DNA from: an uncultured Planctomycetaceae bacterium
Lineage (GTDB): Bacteria; Planctomycetota; Planctomycetia; Isosphaerales; Isosphaeraceae
Length of the DNA stretch: 64,000 nt
NCBI GenBank assembly: GCA_963833985.1
Contig: CAWIAD010000001.1
Coordinates: 352,001-416,000 of the forward strand
Direction of reading: 5' to 3'
Under the pieces are notes generated by a model. That model ran no database searches. It was not told the origin of the DNA and worked only from the letters and a program-made list of their open reading frames with translations. Of this stretch, positions 23,801-34,199 are shown one piece after another. The stretch's first letter is position 1. Every line of letters starts with the position of its first letter. Made by a program: the position numbers and the translations under genes.

Positions 23801-24058
23801 TCGCCCCAGGGTCTGAAGGCAGGTGATCGCCAGCGTCAGGTCGCGCCCCACGAGCGCAGGCTCGTCTTTCGGATCGAGGGCGAGGACCCGGTAACCCTCA
23901 TAGGCTTCCTTGTGATTCCCCTGCTGGGAAAGCCTGTCGCATTGCGCGCGCGACAACCGAGGCTGCGCTTCCAGCCAGCCGCCGGCCCCTACCATCCCGG
24001 CCAGCAGAATGAGAACTCCCGCGCCGCCCAGCAAGGCAAGGATCGTCGTTGTTCTCAT
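17875..24058 (-). CDS. Bacterial alpha-2-macroglobulin family protein, three frameshifts (near 23400, 22625, 19620)
   Basis: ITDRPVYRPGQ, FRVEEYKKPEF, VRTNFADTAFW, RLQAPRFF, thioester YPYGCTEQ, DGGWGWF, ARAEAMYAPE; signal peptide MRTTTILALL. Confidence 0.92.
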
Positions 24059-24529
24059 CGCTGGCTCGCTTCCGTCGGTTGGTTTTCCAGACTGACCCCG
24101 CGGCGCGTGCACAACGCGCCCCCCCTTCAGGATAACGAGCCGGCCGCTGAATTCTTAGTTCGTCATGATTCACCGGACACCCTGGCTGCCTGAGGGTGAG
24201 CAATCTCCGATATTCCTGCACAGGATCGGATAGGTCCACCCGCTTTCCGGCATCGCAGGACATGAGTGGCCGAAATGTCTTGAAACCTGGGCGGCCCCTC
24301 ATGTCTCGGCGGGCAGGCGATCAACCGAGACGATCCCACGACGCGTCTGGACGGATCCGCGAAGTCGAGCGATCATGGTGCTGTTGCTTACCCTGATCAT
24401 GGAGGATTGACCCGATCGGGCGCGGGTGACAACATGGCCGGGTGATGAGATGGAACGAAGGCGTCAGCACGGCGGCGAAGGTGCGTCGCGTCGTCGAGGA
24501 ATGGGTCACAGACGGAATGTTGGCGGAAA

Positions 24530-24784
24530 ATGAGAACAGAGAGCCTTCGTGAAGCCGTTCGTGCGCAGCCGTTCCGGCCATTCAGCTTGATGCTGGCAGA
24601 TGGAACGCGCTTGCCGGTGCCTCACCCTGAATGGGTCTGGCTCTTGCCCGCGGGCCGGACTCTTGGATGGTCGGACGCAAACGAGCGGGTGAAGTTGCTC
24701 GATGTCGCCCTGTTGCTGGGTGTCGATTTTGAGTCGCCCGTGCCGGCCGGGCCGATCGCCCCGAATCCCAACGGAGGGGATTAG
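24530..24784 (+). CDS. Small planctomycete-type hypothetical protein
   Basis: MRTESLREAVRAQPFRPFSLMLADGTRLPVPHPE resembles a recurrent planctomycete small-protein family (from memory). Confidence 0.65.
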   Translation: MRTESLREAVRAQPFRPFSLMLADGTRLPVPHPEWVWLLPAGRTLGWSDANERVKLLDVALLLGVDFESPVPAGPIAPNPNGGD

Positions 24785-24827
24785 GGCGGTTTTCTGACGG
24801 TCGCAGGCAGCTTCTGAGTTTTGGAAA

Positions 24828-24891
24828 GGGGGGCAGACATTCCTGTCTGCCAGGGCAGGCCTGATCCGGCAGGCAGGAATGTCTGCCCCCC
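24828..24891. repeat. REP-like inverted repeat, 24-bp arms with one mismatch
   Basis: ggggggcagacattcctgtctgcc ... ggcaggcaggaatgtctgcccccc. Confidence 0.8.
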
Positions 24892-25275
24892 GGTCTCAGT
24901 CTGCGATCCAGGTGAAAACCGCTCTAAATCGATCGCAGACAGCAGGCAGCGAGGGGCCTGGCGGCGCGCACAGAACCCGAGCGAAGGCCGGGCGGCAGGG
25001 ATATTGCGACGGGAGTGCAAGGCTGAACTGATCGCATGGGTCGCCGCGGTCTGGATCCTGCTCAGCGAAGCTCTGTAACGGTGATGCGGACTGGGGCCTG
25101 CAACCGTGGTGTGGTCGCGGGGTGGATGCACAGTTGAACAGGCGACTGGTGAAAATGACTGGAATGAGGCAGGGCTTCATGTCCGGCTCCTGCCGGATGA
25201 GCGCTTCACGGGCTCTGTCACCCGGCTCGCCTCCTGAGGGCGTCGACGTCCCACCAGAGTGCCTGCCACAACGGA

Positions 25276-25566
25276 TCAACAAACGACAAATCTTTCGCGT
25301 TTTCCTCGTCGCCTGCGCCGGGCGAACTGGCGCGCCGCGAGTCCGAACCCGGCCAGAGCGAAGACGGCCAGTGCGCTCGGCTCCGGGACGTTGTTGGGGG
25401 TCAGCTCGTACTCGGTGTAAACTCCAGCGGGCGAGATCCCGTAGCCCGCAATCTGCCCGGCGTCGTTGATGTCCGTCGCCGAGGTCAAGAGCCAGCCAGT
25501 GTTCGGCGGCAGCAGCGTGTTCAGATCGAGCCCGCCGTAGCCAAAGGCGCCCGGCTTCGCCAGCAG
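25276..25566 (-). pseudogene. 3' remnant of a HAF-repeat PEP-CTERM protein
   Basis: DLNTLLPPNTGWLLTSATDINDAGQIAGYG...VPEPSALAVFALAGFGLAARQFARRRRR; upstream in-frame TGA near 25627 with no ATG or signal peptide. Confidence 0.75.
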
Positions 25567-25680
25567 ATCAACCGCGGCGGAATGCCGGTCTGGGGCTGGT
25601 GACTCTGGTCTCCGCTGACCAGGAGCTCAACGGCGCTGCCGCGGACAAGACCCTGGTGGTGGAGGACCCGCAAGCACAGG
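25564..25680 (+). pseudogene. C-terminal remnant of a PIN-domain (VapC-like) toxin
   Basis: AGLGLVTLVSADQELNGAAADKTLVVEDP resembles the PIN C-terminal motif LVSADxxLxxAAxxxGLxVxxP; no N-terminal part. Confidence 0.55.
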
Positions 25681-25814
25681 GACGGGCATGCTCCGTCGAG
25701 CGCCTGGAGGACGCCGCGACCGCTCCACGCCGCCGGCGCAGCGACCCCTTACCCCGGTGCGTGCCGCTCGCAGGAGCCACGAGGTGGACGACGTCTCCGG
25801 GAAGTCTCAACCTG

Positions 25815-26375
25815 TCATGCCTCGTCGCCGTGGGCAGACATGGTGCGGCGGAGCCAGGCCCGGGCGTACGCCCACTGGCGGTCGGCCGTGCTCGGAGAAA
25901 CGCACATTGCGGTTGCCGCCTGGTCGGCGGTCAGGCCGGCGAAGTAGCGCAGCTTGACCAGTTCGGCCTTCTCCGGGTGTGCCCGTGCCAGGCGGTCGAG
26001 TGCCTCGTGGAGTGCCAGCAGCTCATCGTCGGGGGCCGGGGCGGCGAGGTGGTCGAGGTCGACGTCCTCGCGCTCCCTGGCACCCCCGCGCTTGAGGGCC
26101 TGACGGCGCCGGGCCTGTTCGACGAGGATGCGCCGGATCGCCTCGGCCGCGGCCGCGAAGAAGTGCCGATGGCCCTCGAACGCCTGCCCGCCCACGAGCC
26201 GAAGAAAGGCCTCGTGCACGAGCGACGTGGCGTCGAGAGTCTGGCCTGGCTTCTCCCGCGCCAGCCGGGCCGCGGCGAGCTTTCGAAGCTCATCGTAGAC
26301 CAGGGGCAAGACCTCGGCCGCAGCCTGGCGGTCGCCCTGGTTCGCCGCCTCCAACAGTCGCGTGACGTCGCTCAT
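25815..26375 (-). CDS. ECF sigma factor (TIGR02999/ECF43-like)
   Basis: MSDVTRLL, LPLVYDELRKLA, TLDATSLVHEAFLRL, LVKLRYFAGLT, WAYARAWL. Confidence 0.93.
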   Translation of the reverse strand: MSDVTRLLEAANQGDRQAAAEVLPLVYDELRKLAAARLAREKPGQTLDATSLVHEAFLRLVGGQAFEGHRHFFAAAAEAIRRILVEQARRRQALKRGGAREREDVDLDHLAAPAPDDELLALHEALDRLARAHPEKAELVKLRYFAGLTADQAATAMCVSPSTADRQWAYARAWLRRTMSAHGDEA

Positions 26376-29300
26376 GGCGCGGTGACCTTGTCGTCCAGCG
26401 GCCTCGCATCCCAGACCAGGAGGCGGTTGTTCTCATCGAGCTCGCCCCAGATCCTGCGACCATCGAGGCTGAAGCAATGGCGAGTCATGGACGAGCCGGA
26501 CTGGCCACGATCACTGATTGACAGGAGTTCCGCGCCACTCACACTGTCCCAGAGACGCAACCGGCCTTCCCCCGCCAGCAGGCGTTGTCCATCGGGGCTG
26601 AACTCCATGAAATCGAACTCCCTGGCCGATCCCCTGATTTCATAGAGCAGCGCGGGAGTCTCGCCGCGGAGGATCGGGGGCACAGGGAAAACCCGGACCG
26701 TATCCCAGCCCCGCTGGCTCACCTGATACCCTGGCAGCCGGTGCTCGCGGAGAGCAATGAGCTGGCCCTCCGGAGACAGGCCGCCGACATTGGCACGCGA
26801 GCCGATGGGCAGATGGGCGGTTGGGTTCAGGTTCCAGGCATCATACCAGACGACAGCCCAGTCGTCGCTTGCCTCGCTGCTCCCGCAGGTCATCACCAGG
26901 TGCTTGCTGTCGTGGCTGAAGGCGACGCCTCCGAAGTGAGGCGATCCCGGCAGTTCCCTGGTCGAATAGACGACAGCGCCAGTCTTCAAGTCGATGATCT
27001 TGACCCACTGAGGAATGTGCGGCTTGCCAGCCAGCTCGGGGGGGGTGCCAAGGACGGCGGCACGCGCGCCATCGGGCGACACAGCGATGTCTTCCCAGCT
27101 GCCCGGCCCAAGCGGGACCCGGCAGCGTTCTCGACCGGCCGCGAGATCCCAGGCGATGGCCAGGCCCTCACCCGAGTCCGGGTGCCAGGCGATCGCCCGG
27201 ATCATGCCATCGGCCGAGGCGGCGGGCCCATGAGCGTGCCCGATTGGCATCGTGGGCAGCGGACCACCAACGTCACGCCCCGCATCATCCTGAATCCAGG
27301 CCTTCCCCTCGGTCACGGTGTAACTCGTATGAGAGAAACGACGGGTCCCGTCGCGACTGGCGTACATGGACCCGAGCACCTGCTTGAGCCGGGGCGGCGG
27401 AGTCGCATCCCACTCCCGGACCACGCCGCTCTGGTCGAGTGTGACCAGCCGGGAACCCTCGTCCATCAGGGAGATCGCGGCAAGGTCCGATTCGTGCGGG
27501 AAAGAGACAGGGGGGCCGTCGTCGGGTCGATCCAGGGCAAAGACCAAGACGCGGGAATTCTGGACCGTGGCGAACCGGGAGCGCGTGGACACGAGCGTCC
27601 GTTCCGCAAAGTAGTGCAATCCACGAAGCGCCGCGAGCGGATGGGAGGAGAGCCGGCGGCCGTCGCGGGCGTCAAGCACAACGAGAGCCTCACCCTTCTC
27701 GAGAGAAAACACGCGAATCAGGATCCGATCTCCGCCGGGAAAGAACTCTACATCACGAGGGTATTCGGCCTCGCCAAGATCATGGGACCAGACGCGCCGA
27801 CCACTCTGCCGGTCCTGGAGACACAAACGCGTCTTGTTGCCATTCGACTTAGAGCTCCCACGCTCCTCGAGCAAGATGCACCTCTCGTCCGGGCTGAATG
27901 CCAACCAATCGACAATCGTGCTTGCCCGATCCTCGGGTTCAAGCCGGATCCGCGCCATCTCCTTGCCGTCGGGGACACGGAGAATCTGGAGTCCGATCAG
28001 ATTCGAGTTTCGGAAACGATCGGTGCTGCGGTCGTGGATGTCCACAACGAGCCGCTCACCATCCGCCAGGAGCGGCGAGGAACGGTGAAATGGCACTTTC
28101 GGTGAGTCGAAGATCAGCTTTCCGTCCCCGAACTCCCAGAGGCGAGACTCTGCACTGATCTCGTTGCCCTTGCGGACCTCGTTCACCGTCAGGAGACGGC
28201 GGCCATCGTCTGAAAAGGTACACGATTCAAACCCTCCCCGGATCGGGGCGGATCTCCAGAGCTCTCGCCCGGTGGTGGCATCCCAGGCACGCAGCGTCCA
28301 ACTGGAGCGATTTCGTTCGTTCACCGCACCGGCGACCTTCTTCCCGTCGCGACTCAGGCCACCCAGAACACCCATCGTCCGCTCCTGCGGCGTCAGACCC
28401 TCCAGGCGAACGACTCTCTTCTCCTGGTGTGCCTGCCGGTTCCAGTAGTGCCACTCGAAGCCGCGCAGGTCGTCCTCGCCGGGCTTCGGGACCCAGTGCC
28501 GCAACAGTTCCAGGGTCCGCCGCGCATCGCCCGATTCCCAGGCCGCCTGTGTCAGGTTCATCTCGCTGGCGTAGAGCGTCCGCCGCTGGCGGTCGGTGAG
28601 CTGGCGGAGGGATTCTGTGGCGCGGGCCGCGTTGTCGCGTTCCACGACCGCATCACGCGTCGCGGCGATCGCGCGTTGCTCGCTGACAATCGCCTGGTTG
28701 CGCTCGTCGGCCACTCGGGCCTCGGCTCGCACGGCGCGCTGGTACGCGAAGAAGATTCCGGAAGCTCCCGCGTAAGTCAGACCCAGAATCAGGCCCCCGA
28801 CCAGGACCGCGGCGCGGTTGCGGCGGTAGAGCTTGCGGAGGCGATAGCCCACGGTCGGCGGGCAGGCCTCGACCGTCTCGCCTTCCAGGAACCGCTCGAC
28901 GTCGCGGGCCAGGCCGTTGGCCGTCTCATAGCGGCGGTTGCGGTCCTTCTCCAGACACTTCATGACGATCCAGTCGAGCTCGCCACGGACCACGCCGGGA
29001 AGCTTGCCGGGATCGGTCCCGCGCTGGGCAGAGATATCCGTGAGCGTTGGGCCGAGCGAGCTGAGCCGCGTGCTCGGGCGCGGGGGGTCCTCCTCGCGGA
29101 TGATCCGGCGGATCTCGTCGAAGGCCGCGCGGCGGAATCGGTCGCGGTCAAACGGAGTGCTTCCGGTCAGAAGCTCATACAGCAGCACACCCAGGGCGTA
29201 GACGTCGGCGCGGGTGTCGACGTCCACGCCGCTCATCTCGGCCTGCTCGGGACTCATGTAGAGCGGCGTGCCCAGGACCTGTGCGAACCGGGTGTAGACC

Positions 29301-30022
29301 GTCTTCTCGGTGAGCGACTGGCCGACGGCCTTGGCCACGCCGAAGTCGATGACCTTCGGCACGGGCTTGCCGTCGATCATCGTCACCAGCACGTTGGACG
29401 GCTTGATGTCGCGGTGGATCACGCCTTTCTGGTGCGCGTGCTGGACGGCCTGGCAGACCTGCACGAAGAGGGCCAGCCGCTCGCCGGGAGCGAGCCTCTG
29501 GGCGTCGCAGTAGTCGGTGACCGGCACGCCGCGGACCAGTTCCATGACGAAGTAGGGGCGGCCGGCGGGCGTGCTGCCGGCGTCGAGGACGCGGGCGATG
29601 TTCGGGTGGTCCATGAGCGCCAGGGCCTGGCGCTCGGCCTCGAACCGGGCGACCACGTCGCGCGTGTCCATCCCCGGCTTGAGAACTTTCAGCGCGACCT
29701 TGCGGCGGACGGGCTCGGTCTGCTCGGCGACGAAGACGAGGCCGAATCCCCCCTCGCCGATTTGCTCCATCAGCCGGTAATGTCCGATCCGGTCGCCCAC
29801 CTCGGCGGCCGGCGGGCCGGCGTCGGTGGCGTCGAAGTCGCCCGTGACGGCAACGTCGGCCGGCGGCCGGTCCAGCAGGTTGCCGGCGGCGTGGGCCGAG
29901 AGCAAGGCGTCGACCTCGCGCCGCAGCTTCGGGTCCCCGGCACAGGCGTTTTCCAGGTATGCCGCCCGGTCGCTCGGTCGCGGAATGGCCAGGGCGGCAG
30001 CGAAGATCGATTCGTCGGTCAT
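26372..30022 (-). CDS. Ser/Thr protein kinase with C-terminal WD40-like repeats
   Basis: IGEGGFGLV, VALK, HRDIKPSN, DFGVAK, GTPLYMSPEQ, TM segment, DLRGFEWHY, beta-propeller-like repeats; start taken at MTDESIF. Confidence 0.93.
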   Translation of the reverse strand: MTDESIFAAALAIPRPSDRAAYLENACAGDPKLRREVDALLSAHAAGNLLDRPPADVAVTGDFDATDAGPPAAEVGDRIGHYRLMEQIGEGGFGLVFVAEQTEPVRRKVALKVLKPGMDTRDVVARFEAERQALALMDHPNIARVLDAGSTPAGRPYFVMELVRGVPVTDYCDAQRLAPGERLALFVQVCQAVQHAHQKGVIHRDIKPSNVLVTMIDGKPVPKVIDFGVAKAVGQSLTEKTVYTRFAQVLGTPLYMSPEQAEMSGVDVDTRADVYALGVLLYELLTGSTPFDRDRFRRAAFDEIRRIIREEDPPRPSTRLSSLGPTLTDISAQRGTDPGKLPGVVRGELDWIVMKCLEKDRNRRYETANGLARDVERFLEGETVEACPPTVGYRLRKLYRRNRAAVLVGGLILGLTYAGASGIFFAYQRAVRAEARVADERNQAIVSEQRAIAATRDAVVERDNAARATESLRQLTDRQRRTLYASEMNLTQAAWESGDARRTLELLRHWVPKPGEDDLRGFEWHYWNRQAHQEKRVVRLEGLTPQERTMGVLGGLSRDGKKVAGAVNERNRSSWTLRAWDATTGRELWRSAPIRGGFESCTFSDDGRRLLTVNEVRKGNEISAESRLWEFGDGKLIFDSPKVPFHRSSPLLADGERLVVDIHDRSTDRFRNSNLIGLQILRVPDGKEMARIRLEPEDRASTIVDWLAFSPDERCILLEERGSSKSNGNKTRLCLQDRQSGRRVWSHDLGEAEYPRDVEFFPGGDRILIRVFSLEKGEALVVLDARDGRRLSSHPLAALRGLHYFAERTLVSTRSRFATVQNSRVLVFALDRPDDGPPVSFPHESDLAAISLMDEGSRLVTLDQSGVVREWDATPPPRLKQVLGSMYASRDGTRRFSHTSYTVTEGKAWIQDDAGRDVGGPLPTMPIGHAHGPAASADGMIRAIAWHPDSGEGLAIAWDLAAGRERCRVPLGPGSWEDIAVSPDGARAAVLGTPPELAGKPHIPQWVKIIDLKTGAVVYSTRELPGSPHFGGVAFSHDSKHLVMTCGSSEASDDWAVVWYDAWNLNPTAHLPIGSRANVGGLSPEGQLIALREHRLPGYQVSQRGWDTVRVFPVPPILRGETPALLYEIRGSAREFDFMEFSPDGQRLLAGEGRLRLWDSVSGAELLSISDRGQSGSSMTRHCFSLDGRRIWGELDENNRLLVWDARPLDDKVTAP

Positions 30023-30272
30023 GGCAGCCCTTCGCATGGGTTCCCTTCGGGACTCTATCCACAAATGCGCAGGACAGAGCTGGAACGCACCAGGAAACAT
30101 TGACGCTCGGCGCAGATTTCGATTGCACGGGATGGGCCACCTGCATGAATATCCAATCGGCATGAAATCGCATGCCCTCCCACATCTCGGTCGCCGCCAC
30201 ACAATAAGATGATCTAAGCGCCTTTTTAGACCGGGGATCCTTTCCGTCAGACGGACTATCGAGAGATGCATC

Positions 30273-30764
30273 ATGTATATTATCATCTATGGCTTCCGGA
30301 ACCGGGATATCGTTGTAAAGTCGGGAACATTCGAATGCCCGAATTGTCACAAGCGAGCGTATTGCAAGCACCGTAAAATCGAGAAATGGCTGACAGTGTT
30401 CTTGATTCCCATCTATCCTTGGGAGATCGAGGCCGAATACTGCCAGTGCGACGATTGCCGCATGTCCTTTACAGAGACCACTTCCCAGCCTTTCCTCCCA
30501 GCCGGAGGTTATCTCCGAAGCGACATTCAGGCGGAACTGCTTTCGGGTGCTCCGATCGAGCCGGTGATCGAACGTCTCATCGACTCGGGCGTCGATCCAG
30601 AGACAGCCAGCAGAGTCATCAGCGAGATCGCGGGAGAGTCGCGATCCCTGTGCCGAGCCTGCGGCCTGAGCTTCATGCAAAACGTTTCGACTTGCTGGAA
30701 TTGTCGTGGCGATACGGTGAAGGCGTCGGAGAAAAAGGGCGGCTGGCTCGATGAGCTGGCGTGA
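30273..30764 (+). CDS. Zinc-ribbon domain protein (zinc_ribbon_15-like) with a second Cys cluster
   Basis: IIYG, FECPNC, WLTVFLIPIYP, CDDC, then CRAC...CWNC; visibly more AT-rich than flanks. Confidence 0.75.
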   Translation: MYIIIYGFRNRDIVVKSGTFECPNCHKRAYCKHRKIEKWLTVFLIPIYPWEIEAEYCQCDDCRMSFTETTSQPFLPAGGYLRSDIQAELLSGAPIEPVIERLIDSGVDPETASRVISEIAGESRSLCRACGLSFMQNVSTCWNCRGDTVKASEKKGGWLDELA

Positions 30765-30951
30765 ACTTCAAAACCCTAAATTCGTGTGGGTTGGCGCGTC
30801 GACGGCCGTGCTTAAGCGCAGGGCGGCGCGTGTGAAGATACCGCCGCGGCTCGATCCACGACGGGACGAAATGAAGACGAGCACAGATCGAACCCAATGG
30901 CCGCGGCAGTAAGGCGGCTTGACGGACGGGCGGCTATTGCGGTCGGACGGA

Positions 30952-31599
30952 TCATTCGGTGGCGGAACGAGCCGGGCGCGAGGGAAGAATGGCGTCGACG
31001 TGGATTTCGCCGAGCGTCCGACCATCGATCACAACGGGCACGACCTGGGTCGCGCCGTAGGTCACGCACGATGCGTAACCGGTCGGGACAGGGTCCGAGT
31101 AAACCTCGACCTCCCGCTCGACGAGATTCACGATCCAGTAGGTCGGGATGCCAGAGGGCCCGTTAACCTCGGCCGCCAAGCGCCGGTCTTGGGCCAGACT
31201 GGAGTCGGCGATCTCCACGAAGAGCATGACGTCCTCGGGACCCGGATGCCAGTCCTCGTAATCGCGGATCGATCCCCGCACCACGCACCGATCGGGCTCC
31301 GGCTCGCTGGCCCTGGCCGAGAGGCGGATCGGCTTGGCCGCACGAATGTGGCACCGGTCGAGTGGTACGACGCGCTCGAGTTCACGGCCGCACAGCTCAT
31401 CGGCGATTCCATGAGGGGGATTCTGAGTTGTCTTCTCCACCAGGAATCCATTGATCAGGTGAAACCGATCCGACTCCTGAAAAGCTCCCGAGGCCACCAT
31501 TGCCTCTTACTGCTCGACCGACAGCCGATAGAGCGGCGACGGGATCCAGGCGGAATCTCCCGCCGGACTCACGGGCGGTGGGACAGGAATCGTGGACAT
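30952..31599 (-). pseudogene. Uma2/DUF820 family protein with in-frame TAA at 31507-31509
   Basis: YRLSVEQ*EAMVASG, EPEPD, VEIADSSLAQDR, GIPTYWIVNL; both parts in the same frame. Confidence 0.8.
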
Positions 31600-31897
31600 G
31601 CGGTTGACTCGCTTCGTCCTTCGGCTCACCGGCCAGGGCGATGAACCCGGGTGCTCCGCAGCATGGCTCTTCATCATAGCGACCAAGCCCATGGCCCGGA
31701 ACGACCCTTGGGATCGCCACTGCCTGCTGGAAACGGGGCCTGGGATGGTGTCCAATGCGAGCAGGGCCCTCGTCGCCCTGTCCTCCGTCGTGCTCGATGC
31801 TGACCGTCCCGCCTGGAGACCGGCGAATCTGTCCCGCCAGCGACAAACCGGGCGGATCGCGGGGTTCCTGGAACCACTCATCAATGGAGCTCCTGCC

Positions 31898-33299
31898 GTG
31901 TCTAGCACGCACTCCGTTTCGCGCCGAGGTTTCCTGTCGAGTACCGCGGCCATCGCAACCGCGGCCGGTTTCCCGACCCTGATCCCAGCCTCTGCGCTGG
32001 GGCGAGGCGGGCTCGCGGCGCCCAGCGAGCGCATTCGCGTGGGCCTGATCGGCTGCGGCAACCATGGCGTGTACTGGAACATGCCGCAGATCTTCCGCTG
32101 CCCGGACGCCCAGATCGTCGCGGTCTGCGACGTGGACAGGACCCACCTGGCCGACGGGCAGAAGATGGTCGATGAGCACTACGGGCCGAAGGTCGGCTCG
32201 AGCTACAGCCCGTGCGCGGCGTATGGCGATTTCCGCAAGCTGATCCTCGATCGGAACGTCGACGTCGTCTCCAACCACACGCCCGACCACTGGCACATCA
32301 TCCCCGCGATCATGGCCGTCAAATGCGGCAAGGACGTGATCTGCGAGAAACCGCTGACGCTCTTCCACGCCGAGGGCGTCGCGCTTTGCAAGGCCGTCGC
32401 GGAGCACAACCGCGTCTTCCAGACGGCGTCCGAGAACCGGTCCATCGACGTCTACATCCGCCTGGCCGAGCTGGTGCGAAGCGGCGTGCTCGGCAAGCTC
32501 GAGCGGATCGAGGTCGGCCTGCCCACGGGGAACAACGACCTCCGGCTGGGCCCGCAATCGAAGGAAACATTCAACCAGCGTCAGGATCAGCCGGTGCCGC
32601 CGGAGCTGGATTATGACACCTGGCTGGGCCAGGCTCCCGACTTGCCGTACATCCCGGCCCGGCTCCATGGTGCGTTCCGGTGGAACCTGGCGTTCTCCGG
32701 CGGCGTGCTCACGGACTGGGGCGCCGACATGATCGACCTGCGCAGTGGGGGCACGACACCGAGCACACCGGGCCGGTGAGCGTTGCCGGCAAGGGAGACT
32801 TCCCCCCGCGCGACGCGGTCTTCAACACGGCCCCAACGTTCGATCTCCATTACGAGTACGCCGACGGCGTGACCATGAGCGTCAAGAGCGACGGCCCGTA
32901 CATCCGCTTCCACGGCTCCCACGGCTGGATTGCCTCCCCCGGCTGGCGCGGGCGCTCCAGGCGAGCGACCCGGAGATCCTCAAGACGAAGGTTGATATCG
33001 ACAAGGTGAAGGTGTATCACCCGAGCGAGATCGTCAAGGCGGGCGACGGCGGCAAGGGGGGCGAGCACCGCAACTTCTATGACTGCGTGAAGAGCCGCAA
33101 GCCGACCTACGCACCCGCCGAGGTCGGCCACCGCACCATCACCATCGCCCACCTTGGCAACGCCGCCATGATGCTGGGCCGGAAGCTGCGCTGGAACCCC
33201 GAGGCCGAGGACTTCGTGGGCGACCAGGAAGCCAGCGCCCTCCTGACGCGGTCTCAGCGTCATCCCTGGACCATGGAAAACATCGACAGGTGGATCTGA
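31898..33299 (+). CDS. Tat-exported Gfo/Idh/MocA oxidoreductase, frameshifts near 32740 and 32955
   Basis: SRRGFL Tat motif, RVGLIGCG, TPDHWH, CEKP, LDYDTWLGQAP, TDWG, GRKLRWNP. Confidence 0.88.
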
Positions 33300-33320
33300 A
33301 ACAGGCAACAGGAGTGAACG

Positions 33321-34199
33321 ATGCGACTTGCCATCTCGACGCTGTGCGCGGCGCTTGTGGGGTTCTCGTTGGCCGCAGGCGCCGAGCCGCCCCTGCCCAA
33401 TCCGTTCTACGCCATGGACACCTGCACCAAGCGCCCGTACCCCAGGAACGACATCACCCCGGCCGAGCAGTTCGACCTGCTCAAGGAGCTGGGCTACAAG
33501 GGAATTGCCTGGACCGAGGAATCGCCCGGGGCGGTGCGCGCGGCCGTGAAGGATGCCGAGGACCGCGGCCTGAAGATGTTCACCATCTACTGCTCCGCCA
33601 CCGTGACCGGCGAGGGCGAGCTCAAGCCCTCGCCGCTGATCGTGCCGATCATGGAAACGCTGCGCGGCCACGACACCGTGATCTGGCTGCACCTGGGCGG
33701 CAAGGGGCCAAGGATTGACACCCTGTCGGCCGCGACGCCGGTCATCACGCAACTACGGCAGCTCGCCGCCGAGGCCGAGCGAAACGGCCTGAAGATCGCA
33801 ATCTACCCGCACATCGGCGACTGGACCGAGAAGTTCCACGACGCCCTGCGCGTCGCCCGGCTCGTTGACCGCGGAAACTTTGGGGTCACCTTCAACCTCT
33901 GCCACGCCCTGGCCACCGGCGACGAGGCTCGCATCCCTGCGCTCATCCAGGATGCCGGACCGCTCATCTTCCAGGTCACCATCAACGGCGCCGATGCCGG
34001 GATCGTCGGCCCGCGCTGGGACCACCTGATCCAGAACCTCGACCGCGGCTCGTACGATGTGGGGTCCGTGCTCCGCTCCCTTCAGAAGGCCGGTTACACC
34101 GGACCGATCGGCCTGCAAGGCTACGGACTGACGGGCGACCGCCGAGAGAACCTCGCCCGGTCGATGGACGGCTGGAAGAAGCTCTCGGCCGGTGATTGA
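33321..34199 (+). CDS. Sugar phosphate isomerase/epimerase (TIM barrel) family, exported
   Basis: Signal peptide, IAIYPH, GVTFNLCH, VTINGAD, GYTGPIGLQGYG. Confidence 0.82.
   Translation: MRLAISTLCAALVGFSLAAGAEPPLPNPFYAMDTCTKRPYPRNDITPAEQFDLLKELGYKGIAWTEESPGAVRAAVKDAEDRGLKMFTIYCSATVTGEGELKPSPLIVPIMETLRGHDTVIWLHLGGKGPRIDTLSAATPVITQLRQLAAEAERNGLKIAIYPHIGDWTEKFHDALRVARLVDRGNFGVTFNLCHALATGDEARIPALIQDAGPLIFQVTINGADAGIVGPRWDHLIQNLDRGSYDVGSVLRSLQKAGYTGPIGLQGYGLTGDRRENLARSMDGWKKLSAGD
34108..34199 (+). repeat. 92-bp direct repeat, copy 1 (3' end of the isomerase gene)
   Basis: Manual ungapped alignment to 37383-37474: 83/92 identical, both end in TGA. Confidence 0.95.

Noticed and set aside
25599..26645. 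348-aa plus-strand ORF
   Set aside because: Only the first 27 or so codons (PIN remnant) look coding; the rest is antisense to the ECF and kinase.
30023..30286. 88-aa N-terminal extension of the WD40 kinase in the ORF track
   Set aside because: Not protein-like and overlaps the divergent gene's start; MTDESIF matches the usual start of this family.
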